From: a virus
Taxonomy: Duplodnaviria; Caudoviricetes
Strand: one strand, 5' to 3'
IMG/VR virus record: IMGVR_UViG_3300012007_000009
Coordinates: 96,791-160,790 of that record
DNA length: 64,000 nt
Made by a program: the position numbers and the translations under genes. Under the pieces are notes generated by a model. The model had not been told where the DNA came from. It searched no databases and saw nothing but the letters and a program-made list of their open reading frames with translations. Positions 57,742 through 64,000 of the stretch are shown here, piece after piece. Numbering within the stretch: position 1 is the first letter of the stretch; each line of letters opens with the position of its first letter.

Positions 57742-58524
57742 ATGGCATCAAGTGAAAAGGAGAAGAAATACCGCGGCCCGCGCCAGAAGCGCGTTCCCGT
57801 GATGGCGCCCGAGTTCGACGAGAAGGGCAACCAGACGAAGACGTCCATGATGTATGGCAGGATAGACCCGACGTACCTCACCAGGCTAATCATGGAATAC
57901 AAGCGCGAAATGGACCCGTTCGTCGTGGAGCGGGATGCCGTCGCCAAGGTGGACAAGGAGAAGGCGGCCAAGATGGTGCCCCCGCAGATGAGCGAGGCGC
58001 TCGGGCTGTGCGTGGACATCATCATCAAGAAGACACTCGGCCTTCCCAGGTGGAGGGACTACACGCCGGCATGGCACGAGGAAATGTACGCCCACGCCCT
58101 GATGCTCATCCTGAGATACATCCACCGGTTCAACCCGAACAAGGTCAAGAGTGACCCGTACTTCTACGTAGGCATGATTGCATGGAACGCGTGCAACCAG
58201 GTGTGGAACGTCCTCGACAGGCAGAACCAGAGGGTCAAGTTCATTCCGCTGGTCGACGGAATCTATCACTCGGTAATCTCCATGGACCAGTATGCCGGGG
58301 TGCTGGAGAAGGAGGAGAAGAAGAAGGCCGAGAAGAAGAAGGCCGACCTGGTGAACGAGACCAGCGTGACCGTGGATGATGCCGTCGACATGATTAAGGA
58401 AATCGACGAAGCGGCAGGTATCCACATCGAGGAAGACTGGCTCGCACAGCTGAACATGAAGCGTGCCATGAAAAAGGTGGCCGGGGAACAATCCCAGGAC
58501 CCCCCGGAACCAGAAGAAAAGTAA
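57742..58524 (+). CDS. gp55: Late-transcription sigma factor (gp55-like)
   Basis: LGLCVDIIIKKTLGLPRWRDYTPAWHEEMYAHALMLILRYIHRFNPNKVKSDPYFYVGMIAWNACNQ aligns by eye with T4 gp55 [29 protein letters not shown]...HNFD...NPHAYITQACFNAFVQ. Confidence 0.82.
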   Translation: MASSEKEKKYRGPRQKRVPVMAPEFDEKGNQTKTSMMYGRIDPTYLTRLIMEYKREMDPFVVERDAVAKVDKEKAAKMVPPQMSEALGLCVDIIIKKTLGLPRWRDYTPAWHEEMYAHALMLILRYIHRFNPNKVKSDPYFYVGMIAWNACNQVWNVLDRQNQRVKFIPLVDGIYHSVISMDQYAGVLEKEEKKKAEKKKADLVNETSVTVDDAVDMIKEIDEAAGIHIEEDWLAQLNMKRAMKKVAGEQSQDPPEPEEK

Positions 58525-58530
58525 CATGTG

Positions 58531-58560
58531 GCCTCCCGGGAGTTCCCGGGAGGTTTTTAT
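58531..58560 (+). terminator. Rho-independent terminator
   Basis: CCTCCCGGGA/TCCCGGGAGG stem plus T5. Confidence 0.75.
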
Positions 58561-58609
58561 TTGTGTCCGGTATATAAACTTGGTTTGTTGATTTGACGGG
58601 GTATCGTCT

Positions 58610-59089
58610 ATGGGAATCGAGCTTGGCGCAGTTGGCATGTACGGGGGTCTTGGAAGCAATTTCGACACCCATCCCGACTATAGGCACGACATGTTCTACG
58701 TTGTCCAGAATGCCGCACGCGGCATCGGTGACATCAGGAGCGGGAAGGCTTCCGACTTCCTCGACCGCGCATACGAGCAGAACTGGTGGCATACCGAGGA
58801 CAAGCTCGCCGAGCTCCAGGACAAGTTCCTCGAGGACGACATGATTAACAACACTCCGGGCCGCGGCCACAGGAACTATCGCCGAATGGAGTATGACATC
58901 GAGAAGAACCCGAACGGGAAGGGTGCAGCGGAGGACAGGGAGCTGGCCGAGGAACGCAAGGTTCTCACGGTAGACAAGCTGAAGGAACTGGCCGAACAGC
59001 ACCAGTGGGCGATGTGCACTACCGCTTCGGCTTACGGGGCGAAGCCTATCACGCAGAAGGACTATACCGACCAGATTAAGCTTCGGTAA
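58610..59089 (+). CDS. Hypothetical late protein, 159 aa
   Basis: TATAAACT at 58573-58580; phage-like codon usage. Confidence 0.75.
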   Translation: MGIELGAVGMYGGLGSNFDTHPDYRHDMFYVVQNAARGIGDIRSGKASDFLDRAYEQNWWHTEDKLAELQDKFLEDDMINNTPGRGHRNYRRMEYDIEKNPNGKGAAEDRELAEERKVLTVDKLKELAEQHQWAMCTTASAYGAKPITQKDYTDQIKLR

Positions 59090-59112
59090 ATAGCAAAAAA
59101 TGAAACTATAGA

Positions 59113-59148
59113 TGACCGGTCCTGCAACATTGGGCCGGTTATTTTTTT
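59113..59148 (+). terminator. Rho-independent terminator
   Basis: TGACCGGTC/GGCCGGTTA stem plus T7. Confidence 0.65.
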
Positions 59149-59157
59149 ATACCAAAA

Positions 59158-59244
59158 AATATGCAACATATTGCATATTTCCGAGTTGACACGTTTTTTT
59201 CACGCCAAAATGAGCAATATATTGCATATTTCCGAGTTGGCACG
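59158..59244. repeat. 51-bp-period tandem duplication containing palindromic GCAA-N4-TTGC operators
   Basis: ATATTGCATATTTCCGAGTTG(A/G)CACG at 59168-59193 and 59219-59244; dyad AATATGCAA-CATA-TTGCATATT. Confidence 0.85.
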
Positions 59245-59253
59245 GTTTTTGCT
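59237..59253 (+). promoter_or_regulatory. sigma54 (-24/-12) promoter TTGGCACGGTTTTTGCT
   Basis: Full match to YTGGCACG-N4-TTGCW, about 40 nt upstream of the Hsp20 start. Confidence 0.8.
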
Positions 59254-59293
59254 TATATGCCGGTGAAACACAATAAGCATAAGGAGCTTAACT

Positions 59294-59695
59294 ATGTCTA
59301 ATTCAATGAGTGTATTCAATCCTGGCTTCGGCCTCTTGTTCGACGATAACGCGTTCGACCGTTTCTTCAGCCTGTTCTCTCCCAGGAAACAGGAGGCGAA
59401 GACGGGTGAACCCAGCAGACCCAACTACTATACCAACGAGGCTGGTTCCGAGCTCTCTGTGGAGCTCCCGGGATGCAAGAAAGAGAACGTCTCGGTCGAG
59501 GTCGACCCAGAAGCAGGTGTGGTAGTGAAGGCAACAAGGGAAGTGGCTGGCAAGAAGGACAGCTATCGTATTTCCTTCAAGGCTGACCGTGGCGGTTTGG
59601 ATGCGGATTCCATGAAGCCAGTGTTCGTCGATGGTCTACTGACTATTCCCGTGAAGGAAAAGACGAAGGAAACAAGGAGATTGACTATTGAATAA
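59294..59695 (+). CDS. Small heat-shock protein (Hsp20/alpha-crystallin)
   Basis: FDRFF N-terminal arm, VELPGCKKENVSV, DGLLTI, C-terminal LTIE; AAGGAG RBS. Confidence 0.88.
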   Translation: MSNSMSVFNPGFGLLFDDNAFDRFFSLFSPRKQEAKTGEPSRPNYYTNEAGSELSVELPGCKKENVSVEVDPEAGVVVKATREVAGKKDSYRISFKADRGGLDADSMKPVFVDGLLTIPVKEKTKETRRLTIE

Positions 59696-59711
59696 ATAAA
59701 CCCTACCAAAT

Positions 59712-59745
59712 AAAAACGGGGACTTGTTGGTCCCCGTTTTGTTTT
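59712..59745. terminator. Bidirectional terminator between convergent genes
   Basis: AAAACGGGGAC/GTCCCCGTTTT stem. Confidence 0.8.
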
Positions 59746-59777
59746 ATAATGTTTTAACTCTGAGCACTGTTTTGAGC

Positions 59778-61007
59778 TTATTTTTGTGCGAAGGCTCGAT
59801 TGGCGTAGTCATCGGAAAGTTGCTTCCTTATTTTGTCTAGTTTTCTCCACATCTGTCCGATAGCAATATAAGATTTAACATCCGGCGTCATGTTGAAATT
59901 GCTTGTTACTTTTTCCGTCTGGCCGGGCATTTGATACATAAATGTAAGAACGGGTTTTGGGTTATCGCCATCAGCGGTATTTTTTAATACGAAGCTGAAT
60001 GGCACAGTTATTACCGTGTCAAGGTCAGCGGTGACTTTCCCCTTCACTTCGTTCCCGCTTACTTTTTCTGCCATGAAATCGTACTTCTTACTAAATTTGT
60101 TATAACCAACTTTATTTATTGTTTTGACCAATTCATCAATAAATTTTTCTTGTACCTCTGGCTCGTCGTAGTATGTTTTTCCGCAACATGATGTCCCAAA
60201 TGAGCGGCCATATGTTTTGCATTTATCCTTAATCCATGAGCCGAGGCCTTCCAGCAAGTCCTGCTTAGTTTGATATGAATAATCTGATTTGATGATGGCA
60301 TTGCCAACACTTTCGGTAAAATCCTTCACATTCATTTCTGGTTTATTTTGCACTACATATGATGTATCGGCATAGTGCCAAAGTAATGGCTTATACTTCG
60401 TGGGATTATACTCATTTACTATAACGAATAGCTTTTCGTGGTCAGTATCGATTAATTTACGGGTTACCAAGAAAGATGCTTGGATATTACAGTCGCCAGT
60501 TGAAAGAGGCTTGCCGCTGCTTAGTATATCAGTCCAGCGCTTATACGCTATGGCATCATAATTATAAAGCCGGCTATCATGCGGTAGTACAACTGCGTGC
60601 AGGAGACCATTTATATCGTTATTTGCTAGATATTCTTTAGCGATGTCATTGACCTGCACTTTACAAAATCTGCAGGCGGGTTCCACCGAAGATTCAGTGA
60701 GATACTTGGTATACTTATCCAGGCTTTCCATCAGCTTGGTTTTGACGTCATCCGGCTGGTTGGACTTGATGATTGTCTTTCCAACGCCTTCGACGAATGC
60801 CTTGTTGGAAAGACCGGAGTCGATTCGGTGCTGGTCGAGCTTCTTGAAGCCCTCGGCTTCCAGCCGGGCCTTCTCTTCCTTGGCCTTGCGCTTGCGATAT
60901 TCGCTTGCAATCAGGTTGGTGCCTTCGATGAGGGCGTCGATTTTCTTGGTATTCTGGGGTGTACGCAGCTTTTCTACGCCTTCAAGAAACTTTTCTAACT
61001 TCGTCAT
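59778..61007 (-). CDS. Mosaic late protein, 409 aa, with an internal repeat
   Basis: GGAG RBS, late motif on minus strand at 61044-61051; FVEGVGKTIIKS...LMESL repeated as FTESVGNAIIKS...LLEGL. Confidence 0.8.
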   Translation of the reverse strand: MTKLEKFLEGVEKLRTPQNTKKIDALIEGTNLIASEYRKRKAKEEKARLEAEGFKKLDQHRIDSGLSNKAFVEGVGKTIIKSNQPDDVKTKLMESLDKYTKYLTESSVEPACRFCKVQVNDIAKEYLANNDINGLLHAVVLPHDSRLYNYDAIAYKRWTDILSSGKPLSTGDCNIQASFLVTRKLIDTDHEKLFVIVNEYNPTKYKPLLWHYADTSYVVQNKPEMNVKDFTESVGNAIIKSDYSYQTKQDLLEGLGSWIKDKCKTYGRSFGTSCCGKTYYDEPEVQEKFIDELVKTINKVGYNKFSKKYDFMAEKVSGNEVKGKVTADLDTVITVPFSFVLKNTADGDNPKPVLTFMYQMPGQTEKVTSNFNMTPDVKSYIAIGQMWRKLDKIRKQLSDDYANRAFAQK

Positions 61008-61041
61008 GGTGGGAATCTCCCGGTAAAACCTTCTTTGTTCC

Positions 61042-61083
61042 GTAGTTTATGCTTGTTGCCATCGGCCTGATGACATAAACTAC
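61042..61083. promoter_or_regulatory. Divergent late promoters forming a perfect 10-bp inverted repeat GTAGTTTATG...CATAAACTAC
   Basis: Read directly between the starts at 61007(-) and 61089(+). Confidence 0.72.
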
Positions 61084-61088
61084 TCGAT

Positions 61089-62762
61089 ATGCAGCGCTAT
61101 TACTACGTCAGGGAAGTCGAGAAGATTCTCATCGGACTGTACGACATGTTCGACAACATACGGGTGAACAAGTATCTCGACCCGCAGAGGAAGGTAATAG
61201 ACAAGACCGTGAAGGTTCCGCTGGTCACCCACTATTCTAAGGATTTCGCCAACTACCTGTCCTCGACGACATCTAAACAGATACTGTCGGTTCTCCCGGT
61301 AGCCGGTCTCAGGTGGACCGGGGATGCCCGCGATGACGCCAACATGACCCAGCCGACCTACGCCAGGGAGATTTACTGCAGGGACCAGGACTTCTGGATT
61401 AGGGACATACAGCCCAGGGCGTACGTGTTCAGGTTCGAGCTTACCCTGCTTTCGGGGAACACGTCGGACATGTGGCAGATGAAGGAGAATATCCAGCCGT
61501 ACTACCAGACATACAGGACCTTGCGGCTGAAGGAGTTCGACTTCTGCCCGGAGATTGAACGGGAGGTGCCCGTATGCATTGCGTCCTGGTCCGATGAGAT
61601 TAAGGACGAGACCGACCTCAACGCGAACGAGGGCCAGGTGTACCAGACGACGTACCAGATAGAGGCGCACGGCGTCATGCACTGCCCGTACATGCTCCCC
61701 GCCGAAATCAGGTATGCCCAGATGGACTTCAACGTCGGCAAGAAGATGATAGACAGCGAGCAGATTCTGGTCTACCCGGACGAGATAGCGAAACAGAAAC
61801 GGCGCCTGTGGGAGACTGTTTCCCCGTCCATCCGCGACGGGTTTTCCCTGCTGAAGACCCTGACCAGGACCCTGGTAAGGCGTTCGACGGTCGACGGGGA
61901 GGAGTACTGGAGCGACGAGACGCTTCGCTACGCGATGCTCACGTATAACGAGATTACCGGGCACGACGCCAACGGGGAGCCTACCGGGTTCAACCCGGTC
62001 GCATACGACGGCGCCGAGGAGATAACGCAGTACGTCAGGAACCCGGACGGCTCCTATGCAAGGAACGAGGACGGCACCATCAAGACAGAGAAGGTTCCCG
62101 CGTACAGCTGGGAGCAGGTTGTCGTGGATGACGTGGAGAGGCCCGCGGAGGTCCCGTCATTCGACCTGCTGCACCTGACGTTTGACGAGGACAGCCCGTT
62201 CGCCAGGGACTTCAGCGGACTGGGCAGGGATTTCATAGCAATCAACGACGAGAACCGGAAGTTCGTCCCCGACGTCCCTCCCGGGAACGGTACGGACGCG
62301 CCGGAGGGATACGAGTCCACCGGTCTCGAGCTGGATTCCGATTCCACCGACGGCGTCAAGGCGTGGTCCCAGATTCTGGAATGGTTCGGCGACAACAAGG
62401 AAGGCAAGATTGGCAGTCCGTATACCTTCAAAGCGACACTGCAGTTCAAGGAGTCGACCCCGGGAGATACCGTGTTCCAGTACCTGTACAACCCGGAGGA
62501 TGTGACCCTGTCGGACGGCACCGTCATTCCTGCCGGCGAGGTATGGTTCGACTGGGGTGTCATGGATTCCAGGCTGTACTTTACGTACAAGACGACTACC
62601 CAGTTCAGGACCTTCCAGACAGACACTTTCGAGTTCGACAACAAGGCGATATACTCTTTCTACTTCGTCCTGTACAACGGAGGGGAGAGCGGGGCGTTCG
62701 GGGTGAAGACGAACCTGAACGACACGATGATTGCGCTTGCCACCCACGAGGTAGAGGAATAG
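61089..62762 (+). CDS. gp15: Tail sheath terminator gp15-like protein with ~300-aa C-terminal extension
   Basis: YYY...MFDNIRV...VKVPL...LP...FELTL...DMWQMKENIQPYY...REVPV...IEAHGVMHCP matches the T4 gp15 pattern. Confidence 0.8.
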   Translation: MQRYYYVREVEKILIGLYDMFDNIRVNKYLDPQRKVIDKTVKVPLVTHYSKDFANYLSSTTSKQILSVLPVAGLRWTGDARDDANMTQPTYAREIYCRDQDFWIRDIQPRAYVFRFELTLLSGNTSDMWQMKENIQPYYQTYRTLRLKEFDFCPEIEREVPVCIASWSDEIKDETDLNANEGQVYQTTYQIEAHGVMHCPYMLPAEIRYAQMDFNVGKKMIDSEQILVYPDEIAKQKRRLWETVSPSIRDGFSLLKTLTRTLVRRSTVDGEEYWSDETLRYAMLTYNEITGHDANGEPTGFNPVAYDGAEEITQYVRNPDGSYARNEDGTIKTEKVPAYSWEQVVVDDVERPAEVPSFDLLHLTFDEDSPFARDFSGLGRDFIAINDENRKFVPDVPPGNGTDAPEGYESTGLELDSDSTDGVKAWSQILEWFGDNKEGKIGSPYTFKATLQFKESTPGDTVFQYLYNPEDVTLSDGTVIPAGEVWFDWGVMDSRLYFTYKTTTQFRTFQTDTFEFDNKAIYSFYFVLYNGGESGAFGVKTNLNDTMIALATHEVEE

Positions 62763-62763
62763 C

Positions 62764-63468
62764 ATGGACATCAAGGAGAGGATAGCCAGGCAGATGAGGA
62801 TGGCCGCGGGAGATGCGCCGGCCATGAAGGCGCCTGCCGAGAAGAAACCCGCGGTCAACGACCGCATCGCGAAGCAGATTCACCGGGCGAAGGTGGATTC
62901 CGCCGTGGCTTCGATGAAGACACCCCCGCCCGACTACGTGTACAGGGAGCCGCGGATGCCGAGAATGAAGCCGTCCGAGGCCGACGTTGTGAAGCGGTTC
63001 ATCGAGGACAGGACGTACGATGACATTCCGCCGGAGAAGGGCGGGCTGGACAAGTCCAGGGTAAACGGGCTGTCCGATATCCGGGCGGCCATAATCGCCG
63101 AACAGCCGCGCGAGTTCGTGGTTGGGCCGATTGACCAGGGAATCAAGGGAGGGAAGACCTTCGGCACAATAGGAATGGAGAACCTGGAAGGGCCGGGATA
63201 TTCGGAGCTGCACAAGGACGAGGGCAAGGATGAGGAACGCATAATTACCGAGCCGGAATCTACGTCCGCTCCGAGGGTAGCCGGTATAAAGATTGACCTG
63301 AGCGGCGCGTTCGCGGCCCAGCAGAATCCGGTACGGCAACCGGTCAAGACCCCTCCCCCGCCGATAGAGGAGGAGTCCGGGAAGGGTGACAACCCGATTG
63401 AAATGAACTCGGCTCAGAAACAGATGCTGGCTGCCATGAGGGCACAGCGAAATGCGAAACAATTCTAA
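62764..63468 (+). CDS. Hypothetical protein, 234 aa
   Basis: GAGG RBS; starts 1 nt after the gp15 stop. Confidence 0.75.
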   Translation: MDIKERIARQMRMAAGDAPAMKAPAEKKPAVNDRIAKQIHRAKVDSAVASMKTPPPDYVYREPRMPRMKPSEADVVKRFIEDRTYDDIPPEKGGLDKSRVNGLSDIRAAIIAEQPREFVVGPIDQGIKGGKTFGTIGMENLEGPGYSELHKDEGKDEERIITEPESTSAPRVAGIKIDLSGAFAAQQNPVRQPVKTPPPPIEEESGKGDNPIEMNSAQKQMLAAMRAQRNAKQF

Positions 63469-63687
63469 AAGGAGATAGTATCTAGTAGCCGAAACAATAT
63501 ATGAATGTATTGAATTGTAAGCAAAAAATAATATTCTTTTTATGAACATAGACGTCATTCAAGTTATGAATGATATAAACTTCATTATAGAATAAGTTAG
63601 TGGTATTTCTTGTTCTGATATAAGAGTTTTCGGTGCTCCGGTAACGTTAAATACCACAATAGGCGTTACCGGGGCATTTTTGTGTAT

Positions 63688-64000
63688 ATGATAAGTACAG
63701 CCCAGAAGATAATGTTGATAGTCGATGGCAAGACGGCAAGCGCGTTGAACCGCGCATGCGGTTGCGCTCGCTACGCATACAACTGGGCTAGGGACACCTG
63801 GTTCGTAAAGAAGAAAGCTGGACAGAAATCGGTGACGTGCGCGGAACTCCGCAAGGAGTTCAACGAGCAGAAGACCGACTGGATGTACGAGAGCCCTAAG
63901 GGCGCGATGGACCAGGCAATCAAGAACTTCGTACTTGCCAAGAACCGGCATTACGAGAATCCGGAACTGTTCGGGTTTCCCAAGCGAAAGAAATACAAGG
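63688..64000 (+). mobile_element. tnpB: IS200/IS605-family TnpB, 5' part (runs off the window)
   Basis: Manual translation MISTAQKIML...LNRACGCARYAYNWARD...ELRKEFN...WMYESPK...QAIKN...FGFPKRKKYK; hairpin at 63634-63676 upstream; not in the ORF track. Confidence 0.82.

Noticed and set aside
59158-59244. CIRCE or HAIR heat-shock operator
   Set aside because: The dyad does not match TTAGCACTC-N9-GAGTGCTAA or CTTGAGT-N7-ACTCAAG
63542-63595. 17-codon ORF MNIDVIQVMNDINFIIE
   Set aside because: No RBS or other support; may be chance in an AT-rich spacer
1-64000. Stop-codon reassignment as in some gut jumbo phages
   Set aside because: Core genes are intact in code 11 and TAA, TAG and TGA all end genes

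Overview
A 64 kb piece of a large, divergent T4-related (myovirus-type) bacteriophage genome using the standard genetic code. Recognisable T4-type core genes: UvsW helicase, dUTPase, RNase H/5'-3' exonuclease, gp46 (Rad50/SbcC), portal gp20, major capsid gp23, gp67-like, prohead protease gp21, scaffold gp22, late sigma factor gp55 and tail terminator gp15. The window also carries a phage tmRNA (tag AEESYALAA), a free-standing GIY-YIG homing endonuclease, Hsp20, an M16 peptidase, two glycosyltransferase-like genes, two putative virion cell-wall hydrolases, the 5' end of a TnpB, and many large unknown late proteins, including a >1748-codon minus-strand ORF (5244 to the window edge) that the ORF track misses. 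Most interesting signals: (1) an exonuclease-less family-A polymerase-fold gene beside two 25-bp direct repeats, between divergent promoters and near an apparent GC-skew switch, which is a candidate origin plus initiator/primase module; (2) a readable multi-class promoter code: sigma70-like TTGCTATATT giving leaderless mRNAs, a changed late motif NATAAACT matching a divergent gp55, a TAGTTT element, and a consensus sigma54 promoter with palindromic operators in front of Hsp20; (3) many large late proteins whose N-termini carry gp21-type [LIFM]-x-E cleavage motifs, which are candidate head-packaged/ejected cargo; (4) a 60-nt synonymously recoded patch in gp23 next to the homing endonuclease. 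Host is unknown; several hints suggest a Fibrobacter-like anaerobe (inference only). All family calls are from motif recognition by eye, not database searches.
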